Program-made: the position numbers and the translations under genes
Assembly: GCA_965222115.1 (NCBI GenBank)
Contig: CBDCTJ010000002.1
Coordinates: 1-38,400, forward strand
Length of the DNA stretch: 38,400 nucleotides
Direction of reading: 5' to 3'
Source: Planctomycetota bacterium
GTDB taxonomy: Bacteria; Planctomycetota; PLA2; JAEUHO01
The notes under the pieces: generated by a model
Seen by the model: the letters and a program-made list of their open reading frames with translations, nothing else
Databases searched by the model: none
What the model was told of the DNA's origin: nothing
In this document: piece after piece, positions 7,477 to 17,527 of the stretch
Layout: each line of letters begins with the position of its first letter
Numbering within the stretch: position 1 is the first letter of the stretch

Positions 7477-7809
7477 CTACCCCTTGTTGACCAAGACAAC
7501 CGACTCGTCTCTGGATGGCGCGCTTGCCGGGACAATCGACATCCAACGGAACAAGCCTGCGATCTCAGGTAAGTTAACCGCAGTGTCGGCAACGCTATCA
7601 ACGGTCACATCAGATCCACCGTCTTTTAGTAGCGCCAGGCTATCCCGTTCAGCGCCTACTTTGATGGTCAACGTAGCTCCGCCGGTGTACCCAGCGGGGA
7701 AAATGAGACCGAACCCAGCCGACCCGCCGATAAACACTGGATCGGATTCTGTTTCGCCGCTTCCAATATCTATACTTTCGTATCCAGACAGACGACCAAT
7801 GAGGGACAT
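7477..7809 (-). CDS. Small beta-sandwich phage structural protein
   Basis: 110 aa, IGSGETESDPV...GLIFPAGYTGGATLTI pattern; GGAG SD. Confidence 0.55.
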   Translation of the reverse strand: MSLIGRLSGYESIDIGSGETESDPVFIGGSAGFGLIFPAGYTGGATLTIKVGAERDSLALLKDGGSDVTVDSVADTAVNLPEIAGLFRWMSIVPASAPSRDESVVLVNKG

Positions 7810-7818
7810 TTCTACTCC

Positions 7819-8154
7819 TTAACGAACCTTTGCCTCGATGCCAGCTACACGCTGCTCAATCGATCCTAGTCGGTCGTCGATCTTGGTCAGCGCCGCTGAG
7901 TGATCCCTAACCAACTCGCGCAACCACTTGGGCGGTATCTCGCCAGGGATTTGGGCAATCTGCGTCTTCAGATCCGCGATCGCTTTCCAGATTTCTAGAC
8001 CGTCGGTCGTCTCAAACATGTTTGCCTCAATAGCTGCGAGGCGTTCCGAGTTGGCAGCCGCTGTCTTAAGTCCCCACGACGCGAGCCCCATGCTTATTGC
8101 GATCAGCACGCTGCCTACAGTCTTGAGAATAGAGTCGGTAGACACGGAGGGCAC
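7819..8154 (-). CDS. Single-TM plus coiled-coil membrane protein (lysis-cassette type)
   Basis: Hydrophobic VGSVLIAISMGLASWGL then heptads; GTG start overlaps the upstream stop (TAGTG). Confidence 0.6.
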   Translation of the reverse strand: MPSVSTDSILKTVGSVLIAISMGLASWGLKTAAANSERLAAIEANMFETTDGLEIWKAIADLKTQIAQIPGEIPPKWLRELVRDHSAALTKIDDRLGSIEQRVAGIEAKVR

Positions 8155-8348
8155 TACTTTACTACCGCGCTCGGGTAAGCAAACGACCCGGCAAACGCGC
8201 CCCATGCTGCGATGATCGCGGTTAGGTGTTCGCCGCTAATCGGCGTTCCGCGAACCTCTTGTAGCACCGCCAGCGCCGTCGTGGTGATCGCGCCCCAGAA
8301 TGAGGACCGCTGCCACCAGCTCTTGATCTTCTGTTTTTCGTCGGCCAT
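8154..8348 (-). CDS. Holin-like small membrane protein
   Basis: 64 aa, KSWWQRSSFWGAI N-terminus and two hydrophobic helices. Confidence 0.55.
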   Translation of the reverse strand: MADEKQKIKSWWQRSSFWGAITTTALAVLQEVRGTPISGEHLTAIIAAWGAFAGSFAYPSAVVK

Positions 8349-8351
8349 GCC

Positions 8352-8783
8352 CTACCGTCTCCAAATAGCGGCGCCGCGCCACTTGCCGTCACCCGCGACA
8401 GTCACGCGCAACGTCCCAACCTTACCCTCCGAGTTGAGTACCGGAAACCAAGAATGTGTCGAGTCACCGTCTCGCCCGGTAACAGGTTCGGATGTTTCAG
8501 CACCTAACACCGCGCGCACGCCATCAACAGTCTCAGATCCCAAGGCTTCAACGACCTTTTCGTAAGGAGCTGGTTTTGTGTCTAGCGTGTCCGGGTCAAC
8601 AGGCTTGGGCGGGCTCGGCTTCGGTGTGGTGTCGTCAGGGGGCGCGGGGGGCGCCCACGGGTCCACGTCAATGATCGGCGGTGGAGTCGGGGGAAGCGGG
8701 GGAAGCGGGGGCACGTAAGGTGCCGACCGGCATCCAATGAGCGCCAGGCAGGTGGCAGTGATCAGAGACGGAAGAACACGCAT
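8352..8783 (-). CDS. Proline-rich lipoprotein
   Basis: Signal peptide with lipobox LIGC, Pro-rich linker, small C-terminal domain. Confidence 0.7.
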   Translation of the reverse strand: MRVLPSLITATCLALIGCRSAPYVPPLPPLPPTPPPIIDVDPWAPPAPPDDTTPKPSPPKPVDPDTLDTKPAPYEKVVEALGSETVDGVRAVLGAETSEPVTGRDGDSTHSWFPVLNSEGKVGTLRVTVAGDGKWRGAAIWRR

Positions 8784-8798
8784 ACGCACCCCCAAAAT

Positions 8799-9641
8799 CT
8801 AGATCGACACCGGAAGCGGCTCGCGCGGAGCCCACGATTCCCAAACGAACCCGTCCCAAACGCGGAACGGTATCCAGGCGAACGTAGCCGCGGCTTGCTC
8901 GTGAGGGTGGTTGGTTCCCCACCCCGCCCATGAGTTCATCTCAAGAAATGCCCCGACGACATCGCCTCCTGCGCCCGGGGGCACGAAGAAACGATCGAAT
9001 CCAACGATCGCACTGCAGTGCCCGCCGAGCATCCCGCCGGACACGCCTTCGTGGACGCCCGTCTGACCCACCCGCGTCGTGTTGTTGTAGACGCCTCGAC
9101 CGATCACTACCGGCCTGGATGGCTTTCCGTCGGCGCCGCAGAGCGCCGCGGCTACCTGGATCATGTCGCGCAAATAACCCCACCGCGTACGGTGGTGCGG
9201 GCGCTCAAGTAGGATCTGTTCCGCGATCGAGGCAGACGGCGGGAGCGTTACGCGGCTCGGGTCGTAAGGCCATAGCGCCTCGGAACACGAACCCTGATCC
9301 GCGAGCCACGACGCTGCGTGGTGCAGATAGCACCCCTCGTCGCGTGTCTCCGAGCCGTCACGCTCAAGCAACCGTGCGCCGCGATAGATGTCCATCCGGC
9401 AAAGCTCGACGTGTGCGCCGGTCTGTTGCTTGGTGAACGCCTCAAGCGCCGCGCTGAACCCGTGTGCCACGCATGACCCAGCGTGTTCTTGGTTGTGCGT
9501 CGTGGGCAGGTTCGTGAAGAATCTTTCGGGAAGCGTGTCCCAGCCGACCGACGCAGACAACGACGCCTTTCGCGGTAGTTCCGCTACAGGGCTTGGACCC
9601 TTAGCGCCGCCAATCGGAAGGTCGGCAAGCTCAATAGGCAT
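8799..9641 (-). CDS. Papain-like C1 cysteine peptidase
   Basis: NQEHAGSCVAH (Gln/Cys), GGHCSAIVGF (His), MNSWAGWG (Asn), SEALWPYD. Confidence 0.92.
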   Translation of the reverse strand: MPIELADLPIGGAKGPSPVAELPRKASLSASVGWDTLPERFFTNLPTTHNQEHAGSCVAHGFSAALEAFTKQQTGAHVELCRMDIYRGARLLERDGSETRDEGCYLHHAASWLADQGSCSEALWPYDPSRVTLPPSASIAEQILLERPHHRTRWGYLRDMIQVAAALCGADGKPSRPVVIGRGVYNNTTRVGQTGVHEGVSGGMLGGHCSAIVGFDRFFVPPGAGGDVVGAFLEMNSWAGWGTNHPHEQAAATFAWIPFRVWDGFVWESWAPREPLPVSI

Positions 9642-9644
9642 AAC

Positions 9645-9950
9645 CTACTCGCTGCTGTACGTGATTGTCGTCGTCGCCGCCGTGGCGGGGTCACATGGAC
9701 CCGTAGCAGCGGGAGCAGCGGCCGGATACGAAACAGCGCGAGGCGCTACCGGAATCACCACCGTGTCATCGCACTGAAGATTGATTTCGCATCCGAACGG
9801 AAGCGGGAGAGATAGCACTGTACGAGCACTCTCTACGCCCGCGTACGACTGCCGCACGGCGCCATCTGAACCGAACTTGAGGGGATCGGGGATGCTGCTG
9901 CAACAACCGATCATCAACAGCGCCGCTGCGCTAAGTAACACCGTTTTCAT
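9645..9950 (-). CDS. Cys-containing lipoprotein
   Basis: MKTVLLSAAALLMIGC lipobox, further Cys residues, Ala/Pro/Thr-rich tail. Confidence 0.65.
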   Translation of the reverse strand: MKTVLLSAAALLMIGCCSSIPDPLKFGSDGAVRQSYAGVESARTVLSLPLPFGCEINLQCDDTVVIPVAPRAVSYPAAAPAATGPCDPATAATTTITYSSE

Positions 9951-10170
9951 CTACCCTACCTCCTGGTTTTTCGTCTGGGATGGGGAACACTCCCCACCTT
10001 GCTTCAACCAAAATTTTCGTGCCGTTCGCGCCGACGTACTCCGTCGCCGTATGCGGGACAATCGCGCATCGGTGTTTTTTCAACACCCGTTGAATCTCGA
10101 CGCCGCACGCCTCAGCGCGCTTCGCCATGTCGTCTTTCGGGGGCGTCTTCGCCTTTTGCCTGCCTGCCAT
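9931..10170 (-). CDS. Hypothetical protein
   Basis: MAGRQKAK... with GGAGGCAGGA upstream; follows the 1000-aa tail protein. Confidence 0.6.
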   Translation of the reverse strand: MAGRQKAKTPPKDDMAKRAEACGVEIQRVLKKHRCAIVPHTATEYVGANGTKILVEARWGVFPIPDEKPGGRVDENGVT

Positions 10171-10181
10171 CGTCCTGCCTC

Positions 10182-13100
10182 CTAGTGGAAATCGACCCAC
10201 GTTGTACCATCGAATCCCTCGAAACGTGACGTAGTGGAGTTGAATCGAGTCATACCCATGACACCCGTGGGCCTTTCACCCGTGGTGCCGACCGGCAAAA
10301 TTGTAGCGTCCGTGCCCTCCATTGTCACCACGGCCTCGCCGGATGATTGGTCTACCTCCAGCGATAGAAGCGGCGTTTCATTGCGCGACGAATCTAGCTG
10401 GCTGATTTCCAAAGCATCTCCGTTGCGGCGGATCACGAACGATCCCGCGTCCAGACCTCCGTCAAAGTTGGGGGTTCCGAAGAACTGCGTAACGCCGTCC
10501 GCGAATCCGACCAGCGATTCAACGTCGGAAGATACCGACCCCTCACCCTCCAAAAGGTCGAGTATTTCGACATCGGGCTGGGTGTAGATCGCCCCCCCGT
10601 TGGCCGTTCCGCCGCGCGCTCTCGAAGTGGTGGGGCGCTCAACGTAGCCCCATTCGCCGTTGTCTTGCGTGCCCCATGACCGAAGCGTGACGACGTTGGG
10701 TCGGTTGGCTTCGTCCATTTCCAGGATACGTCGGGGGATCTCCGGGTTGTGAATGAACGACGCGTAGCCCCTCTCAAGCAACTCGGGGCGAAACGTCTGC
10801 GCGGCGAAACCCGTCATCATCGGGTTCATCACGGCGTAAAGCCATTGGCTGTCTTCATCCACCTCGCCGACCGTGTGGTGTATGCCCATGTGCCGGAAGT
10901 TTCCGCGCGCGCCGCCGATGATCGCGCCGCCCTGGCGCATCGGCATGTCGGTGCCGGAAGTGCCAGACGTCCCGTAGGGGACCATGCCGCCATCGGCGCC
11001 TGAACCGCCAACGCCTCCGCCACTTGTTGGGCCGGGAGCATCCGTCCCGCCGCGCCCAGATTCACCGGGCGGAGTCCCGCAGCGTCCAAACGGCTGGATC
11101 GGGAACATCCCTGAACCCCCTCCATCTGGGTAAGTGTCGCCAATAGTACCCCATTCAAATCCATGAAACGGAACCTCGGATGGCGGCCGGAAAAGAGGAG
11201 GGAACCCCGGTAACGGATCTGCCGGGCTGTCCCATCCAGTCCCGCCACCCCCCCTGCTTTCGGGGTTCGAATCAGGCATCGGAACATCCGGTGTCTCACG
11301 ACGCCCGCCGCTTGGGTCCCTGCTTGGTGAACCGCCTCCGCCCTCACCGGTATCTGCGGGAGGATTGGGCCGCAAAACACCACCGCCACCGGACAACGGA
11401 CCCTCGTTCTCGCCGGGCTCGGTGCCGTCATCTGACTCGCCGCCAGACGTGGGACCCTCCGGAGTGCTGCCCGGGGGGATCGGGGTCGATGGTGGCGTCG
11501 TCGGAGCTTTAGGATCGTCTTCGTCGTCATCATCAGTTGGAGGTGTTGTCGGCGGCTCTGATGGAGGCCGCTTGGGAACAAACTCGGGGATCTCCGCGAA
11601 CCACCTCCAGAGCCCAGAAGCTTCACCGGTTATCCAGTCGTGGTCCTTCTTCGCGTCATACGCTAGGTGGACGCGAGAGATTCCAGGCAGTGGGCCGGGC
11701 GTCGGATACTTCAAATTCGTGAACTCAAGCGCTGCGTCTTTTTCCTGGTCTTTGTAAAACAGCGCGGTGGTTGGGATGTGCCCCGAGTTGATCACTTCCC
11801 CGTCCTTAGAGTGGCCGATCGCGTGCTTGTCTTTTTTGAAATGACCGGGGTGTATCGGACCGAACGTTGGAACCGCCGCAAGGAATGCAAGCGCGTTGTT
11901 CGTACCCACCGGTTCGAACTTGCCGGACGCGCACACGCCGATCGCCTCATCTTTTGTCCCGCCCGATCCGCTCGCGCCGGGGCGCTGCGCGTTGCCGCCC
12001 GCTGATCTGCCCCCTTCCCCTCCGCCTCCTCTCGAGCCCTCTGACCCACCGGCGTTCCCTCCTGTGCCTCCCGATCCGCTTCCGCCTTGGCTCCCGCCGT
12101 CACCACCTACCCCACCACCGCCATTCATGACGCCAGGGCCGAGACCCCACGCGGGCCCGGGCTCAACGCCTCGGCCCGCGCCGCTATCCGCGCCGCCGTT
12201 CGAACTATCGTTCCCGCCGCCTGCTCCGTTGCTCCCCGGCGCCCCTCCCGTATTTCTTGGAGGCGGGGTTATTGGCGTCGCGGACGGATGCGCGGGCGCC
12301 CCCGTCACAGGGCCGTCCTTCGTCCCCGGCGTGTTATCTTTCGCCACCCGCGAGTCGCCCTTGGCGTAAATCAATCCGTATCCGGGCACGCCGCCCTGGC
12401 CGGATTGCGCGAACTGCAGGGCTATCGAGTTACCCGGTTGTTTAGGCGCCATGCTTATTTGATCTGGCATTGGAATGACGCGGAACACGGTTTGGATCAT
12501 GGCGGCGCGCCCGCCCCTTCCGGGGTACTCCGCTTTGTCCATGCAGATCGTGTCTTTGGGCTGGAAGTCAACAACGAGCGTGCCCATCGAATCTGAGGGG
12601 AAGGCGTTGGGGCAAATGATTCGACCGTCCAAGCCCGGGAAGATTAGATCCTCCTGCGAGCGTTCCTCAGTGCCTGCCATACTCAAGACCAGCATGCCAG
12701 CCGGCACGTTGGGCAGACATTTAGGCCATTCCTTTACCGTGATCGGGGAGTAACGGCTGTCCTCGTCATAGCTCGAGGAGCGAATCGGGACACATGAAAC
12801 GCTTATCTCTTCATCGTGACCGCCAGTTGTGGATGGGATAGCAAATGAACCGGAGTTAGATAAACGTCCGCGAAGTGTTGACGACGATCCGTCCTCTGGA
12901 ATGACCGATAGGCAGCCAAACGAGTTTTGCCAGCTACCCATTGGGCGGTCGTTGCGGCCCTTCGTTTGATAAAATTGCCACGGGTGTACGTCGCCGAGCG
13001 TTCCCTTGCCGTCCTGTTTGGCGTACTGAACAATGCCCGCATCCTCGTTACCCGACTGCGCTTCGTCTAGCTTCCCGACCCGCATCCCAACCAACTGCTG

Positions 13101-13184
13101 GCGTATACCGATCGGTGGGTTGCTGTCGTCGTGATCTTGTAATGGGAATACGCCGATGTCGGCCCAGTCAGTGGGGAAGCTCAT
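10182..13184 (-). CDS. 1000-aa tail/virion protein with long Gly- and Pro-rich linkers and a fibre-type C-terminal motif
   Basis: C-terminus ILPVGTTGERPTGVMGMTRFNSTTSRFEGFDGTTW resembles a motif common in phage tail fibres; last large gene of the tail module. Confidence 0.7.
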   Translation of the reverse strand: MSFPTDWADIGVFPLQDHDDSNPPIGIRQQLVGMRVGKLDEAQSGNEDAGIVQYAKQDGKGTLGDVHPWQFYQTKGRNDRPMGSWQNSFGCLSVIPEDGSSSTLRGRLSNSGSFAIPSTTGGHDEEISVSCVPIRSSSYDEDSRYSPITVKEWPKCLPNVPAGMLVLSMAGTEERSQEDLIFPGLDGRIICPNAFPSDSMGTLVVDFQPKDTICMDKAEYPGRGGRAAMIQTVFRVIPMPDQISMAPKQPGNSIALQFAQSGQGGVPGYGLIYAKGDSRVAKDNTPGTKDGPVTGAPAHPSATPITPPPRNTGGAPGSNGAGGGNDSSNGGADSGAGRGVEPGPAWGLGPGVMNGGGGVGGDGGSQGGSGSGGTGGNAGGSEGSRGGGGEGGRSAGGNAQRPGASGSGGTKDEAIGVCASGKFEPVGTNNALAFLAAVPTFGPIHPGHFKKDKHAIGHSKDGEVINSGHIPTTALFYKDQEKDAALEFTNLKYPTPGPLPGISRVHLAYDAKKDHDWITGEASGLWRWFAEIPEFVPKRPPSEPPTTPPTDDDDEDDPKAPTTPPSTPIPPGSTPEGPTSGGESDDGTEPGENEGPLSGGGGVLRPNPPADTGEGGGGSPSRDPSGGRRETPDVPMPDSNPESRGGGGTGWDSPADPLPGFPPLFRPPSEVPFHGFEWGTIGDTYPDGGGSGMFPIQPFGRCGTPPGESGRGGTDAPGPTSGGGVGGSGADGGMVPYGTSGTSGTDMPMRQGGAIIGGARGNFRHMGIHHTVGEVDEDSQWLYAVMNPMMTGFAAQTFRPELLERGYASFIHNPEIPRRILEMDEANRPNVVTLRSWGTQDNGEWGYVERPTTSRARGGTANGGAIYTQPDVEILDLLEGEGSVSSDVESLVGFADGVTQFFGTPNFDGGLDAGSFVIRRNGDALEISQLDSSRNETPLLSLEVDQSSGEAVVTMEGTDATILPVGTTGERPTGVMGMTRFNSTTSRFEGFDGTTWVDFH

Positions 13185-15455
13185 CTATTCGTCAGCCCTT
13201 CCGTATGGAACAATGCCAAGTACTAGTTGGCGAGTCGATTCAGGCAACAAAGCGTAGCGGGAAATGGGTGGCGCCTGCCCCGGAAAGTCGTAGACGTTAG
13301 CCAGTTTGCCGGATGGGTGTCCGGCTATCGCAATCGCAGCGCCCTTCATGTTTCCGTTCAATATGAACGACTTACCGAAGTCGGTTGTCACTCGACCCTG
13401 GCGCCCATCTGCCCACGCGACCAACGCCTGCGCAGCCGCCGCGCGTGCAAGTGGCTTTACTTCCCGCTCCTCGTTTACGAATTCTAAACCCTGCATCGGG
13501 TCGTCGTCTTCGCCCGCCTGCCCCTCGCTTTCCTCCTTCAGCCCGAGCAATGTCTGCACGGCCGCTGTCGCCTCTTCATCGTCCAGCCATCCCCACCGCG
13601 CGGTTGATTCGGTCGGCGGGATGAACAACTCAAGCGTGGGACCTGAACCGTTCTCGATGTGGTAGTCGCTTGTGAATATCCCCTGCGCCTCTGACGGCTC
13701 GATTTCGATGCGCTCCATCTGTGCTTTGGAGTTTGGTGATGCCGGGCTAAGCGTCAGCATCACCTTCAACTTGAGCGTGGGGCGTAGGAATATCCCATTC
13801 GTGCCTCCCTCTAGCTTCATCGACGGGCCCATCGGCTGGTCATCTTGCAGCCCAAGATCGCGGCGCGGGACCTTGGGTGAGAAGATGTCGCTACCGCTTA
13901 TCAAGTGGCACGGGACGTACGATTCAACGGTCCCCGATGGTGGGAATATCCAATCTAAACGAAATACGCCTTGGTCACGATCCACGATGCGGACCGAACG
14001 CGGGCCCGGCGACACATCTTTGACGTTCTTGTCGTACGGGTAGTTATCTATATTGCGGTACACCAGCGCCTTAGCGGCATCGCGACGCCCTGCGATCATC
14101 TTGCCCTTACTGTTCGGGACTACACATCCTTGACCCCACACCGTGGAAGGGGCTCGCATACCGGTTACCGGGTCAAGCACTGCAACGCGCACAGCCTGCA
14201 ACGTTCGAATACGCTGCATGTAGCGCTGATTGACGCGAAACGTTTGCCGGAAATGTTGCTTGATAGCCGCGACACGGTTGGCGATGTTCGCGTCGTCGTC
14301 AAGGTCCAGGCCACGAGCGCCAAGCGCGCCCTCCAGGTCGCCTTTCAACCAGTGCTTTTTGATCGTGTCGAATGTCCACGGTAGCGACCCCTGGGGCCTG
14401 TCTTTGTCCCATGCCGCCAGCGCGTCCTTGAATACCATCCACGTACCAATTGCAACCGTTCGCTCCACTGTGCCCCCAGTCAGGGGGTCGTAATCAGTGA
14501 TCCTTGTCCCCACATCGGGGACCTTGATCACGTTGTCTAGGTAGGGCTGATCCTTGAACGTGATCTCTTGAGTAGTTGAGCCGCCCGAGAAGTCGTCCGA
14601 ATAGTCAAACAGGCATTCGACCTCGCGCTGGAAGTAAACAGCAACCTTGCTCGGGCGCACAGCTTTTCGGTCAACAAACACCCCGTCGTCGCCGTCTTTT
14701 GTGTGTGGCAAAAGCTCTTTGAATCGCTGGTCCGCCGCGTCGATGTTGGACCCGTCGAAAACAATCGTCTTTCCGTTTTGGTTGACCCACACCGAGACAC
14801 CGGGGATCAATCCAATGGCACGATTCAACGCAGCGTCACCGTTATCACGGATAGTCAGGTTTTGGACTGGCAGCCCCTCGTCATCGTTGCGAGTGATCGA
14901 AAACGACTCGACGATGAAGTCCTTAAGTTCGAACGTCGCGGTACCCGCTTGCACGGTCTGTGTGCCCTCATCCCCCTCCAGCTGCTCCATGATATCTTCG
15001 ATGATTTCGCGCGGTGTCCACTTCTGACCGTCGTTTAGCGAATACTCTTTGAAGTCATATTTGTCTCTTACGTTCACAGACTCGGCTGGCACCTGAACCG
15101 CGCGCCCGCTGATGATTGATCTGTCCCCCGACTTGCGCGTCATGTTGTAGTCACGCGCAATCAGCTTGTACTTCCATTTCCACCGCTTGTCGGCGACCAC
15201 GTACGCCACTCGGTGAATGCTGTCGGTCGGGACTTCATAAAGGATCGTCACATCGCGGATGCTCACGAGATTGCGCGTGTTTTGAATGTCCATCGCCACG
15301 AACCGGCCAAGCATCGCGTCTATTCGTTCCTTCTGCGATACGTGGAACTGGAACACAGTCTGATACGGCGTCACACCTGTTGTGAACTTCCACACACCGC
15401 CAGTGTTCGCGGCTATCGGCACGTCACCTATTCGTACTGAGGACTTGGCAACCAT
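13185..15455 (-). CDS. Large tail protein (baseplate hub/tail-tip candidate)
   Basis: 756 aa intact ORF; DAALNRAIGLIPGVSVWVNQNGKTIV resembles hub-protein segments; position in the tail module. Confidence 0.55.
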   Translation of the reverse strand: MVAKSSVRIGDVPIAANTGGVWKFTTGVTPYQTVFQFHVSQKERIDAMLGRFVAMDIQNTRNLVSIRDVTILYEVPTDSIHRVAYVVADKRWKWKYKLIARDYNMTRKSGDRSIISGRAVQVPAESVNVRDKYDFKEYSLNDGQKWTPREIIEDIMEQLEGDEGTQTVQAGTATFELKDFIVESFSITRNDDEGLPVQNLTIRDNGDAALNRAIGLIPGVSVWVNQNGKTIVFDGSNIDAADQRFKELLPHTKDGDDGVFVDRKAVRPSKVAVYFQREVECLFDYSDDFSGGSTTQEITFKDQPYLDNVIKVPDVGTRITDYDPLTGGTVERTVAIGTWMVFKDALAAWDKDRPQGSLPWTFDTIKKHWLKGDLEGALGARGLDLDDDANIANRVAAIKQHFRQTFRVNQRYMQRIRTLQAVRVAVLDPVTGMRAPSTVWGQGCVVPNSKGKMIAGRRDAAKALVYRNIDNYPYDKNVKDVSPGPRSVRIVDRDQGVFRLDWIFPPSGTVESYVPCHLISGSDIFSPKVPRRDLGLQDDQPMGPSMKLEGGTNGIFLRPTLKLKVMLTLSPASPNSKAQMERIEIEPSEAQGIFTSDYHIENGSGPTLELFIPPTESTARWGWLDDEEATAAVQTLLGLKEESEGQAGEDDDPMQGLEFVNEEREVKPLARAAAAQALVAWADGRQGRVTTDFGKSFILNGNMKGAAIAIAGHPSGKLANVYDFPGQAPPISRYALLPESTRQLVLGIVPYGRADE

Positions 15456-15456
15456 G

Positions 15457-16939
15457 CTACGGGAATACCACAGTACCTATTGCGTTGCCAGATTGCCCGG
15501 TTGCTGGACCTGTGGAGTTCGGCGTCGCCGATGCCGGTGGGGGCGCTGTCGGCGTGATCCCCCCGTTATCACCGAGCGGCGCACCGCCTCGCGTCGTCAC
15601 CCCTTCCTTGGGGGCCACGTTGTAACGCTCGACGATCTGCTCGGTGAGAATCGTTATCTCGATTTGATCCTCATCGGGGTCTCCGATGTACTGAGGCGTT
15701 GATTCAGACGTAGCGCTGATTAGGTTCCACCCCTCCTGCTTTACTTCGTTCGTGCTTCTGCGGCCCGGAACACTGCCAGCCGTGCCGCCCGGCTCGGTGT
15801 TCGTTAGACGGGTGCGCGCCGCCACGCTGCCAATCGTTATGACGGTTCGGACAAGTGCATTTTCCCATACAGCGAACCCCGGATCGGCGTACGCATCGAA
15901 CTCTCCGCCGCCATGAATGTGCGTATAGTCAATGACGCGTGCCTCGCGCTCGGTCTGCGAATAGCTCACCTCAACAATGTCACCACCGCGCGGGGATTGA
16001 AAGCGGAACTGAAACAGGCCGCCGACACGCTTAGCGGTTTCGTCGTACTGGATCGAGGACTCCTCGATGCCGAATACCTTGGGCTCGAACTCGGCCTGGA
16101 ACTGACTCAACACGTAAGGTTTGATTAGGTCCTCGGCGAGCGTCTGCAAATCGTCGCCGACCTCGATATCGGCGTGAGCCTCGTAGACAGCCGTGACACG
16201 CTGCAAACGATACGTGCCCTTCTCGCTGTCCCCTGGGTGCGCACTTAGGTTCGTGAACACGACGCGGTGATTCCGCACCCGGTTGTCGTCAAGCTGGCCG
16301 TCCGACTGGTCGTATATCAACTCGACGTATTGACGCATGAACTGGCACTTCGAGTCAGTGCGGTCAAACGTGTAGTCTTCCTCGACCAACTCCCACGTCA
16401 CGCCCGATCCGACAGTGGAAAGGATGCCGTTCGCCACGCTGTCAAAGTTGTTTAGGTACATATTGGACGCCGTGACGCCGTTCAACGCCGTGTATACACC
16501 GCGAAACGTGACGTACTTTTGACGCCCCCGGCTCGTAGTGGACGACGCTTTCGAGTTCCTTGAGACCGCCGTCCGCCGGAAGGTCAGCCGATATGCCAAG
16601 CGTGTAAGCGCGCGAGAAACCCGCGATCCGATTCGATATCCCCTGTCTTGACGACTTCCGACGTGCTATTCAGAAACTCGTTGCCGTTGGTGTACGTGAA
16701 CGTCGCCCCGCCCAGGCTGATCGTCAGGTTTTGGTCACGCTTCCTAAACGTGTCCTCGATCGTCTGGGAGGCAGCCTTCAACGCCGCGTAACTGTCGCGC
16801 GTGATCACCACGACGAATTGCAGATTCAGCCGCTCTTGAGACTTGTTGATGACATACGGGCCGTGCAGGAGGAAGCCCGTCGAGCCTCCCAACCGTGGTA
16901 CCGGCCCAGGGTTATTGAGAATGGGTTGATGATTGCCAT
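15457..16939 (-). CDS. Tail protein (distal-tail-like position), split by frameshifts
   Basis: MAIINPFSITLG (16939) joins 16584..16892 and then VTFRGVYTAL... of 15457..16599 across about three indels. Confidence 0.55.
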
Positions 16940-16942
16940 GAT

Positions 16943-17527
16943 TTAGTCGAAGGGGTTTAGCGCGGATGCCAGCGCCTCGAATCCCTTGTTTATCAACTCT
17001 CCTATTCCGTCCATGAACCTATTGAAAAGGTCCTCGACGCCTGGGCCCCTAAAATCGCTGTGCTTCTCAATCACGCCTTCGCCCTTGCTCCTGAACCGTG
17101 CGTAACGCCTTTACCTGATCAAAAAACTCTTTGGCGCCGGGAGGAACTTTCCCCGTCTCCCCCGCCACTATCCCAAATGTAGCTATTAGTTTCCTCGCGC
17201 GCTGTCTTCGCTGCACGAGCGGCGTCGTCTAAACGCTCCCGAAAAAAAAAGCTCGTTCAGTTGCGCCCCAAATCCTCCGAGTGACTCACCGATAAGTGAA
17301 CCGAACCCAGATCGAGACGCGGCCCCGAACCGCCGCAATCCCTGCACCCAGACCAACACCCGCCGCCGCCGATCGCGCAAGACCGAATCCTCGCTGCACC
17401 GACTGTCCGACAACCGCCTCCGGACTTTTGCGCGACTTGCTGGCCCTCGCGAACTACGTTGCGGCATCTCACGCTTTGCGCCTTTCGTGTCGAGGACGAC
17501 TCGTACCTTGACTTCATCCTTTGCCAT
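16943..17527 (-). CDS. Short Gly/Ala-rich tape-measure-like protein, frameshifted
   Basis: MAKDEVKVRVVLDTKGAK N-terminus (TMP-like), GFGSLIGESLGGFGAQLNELF, and C-terminal FMDGIGELINKGFEALASALNPFD* in another frame. Confidence 0.45.
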
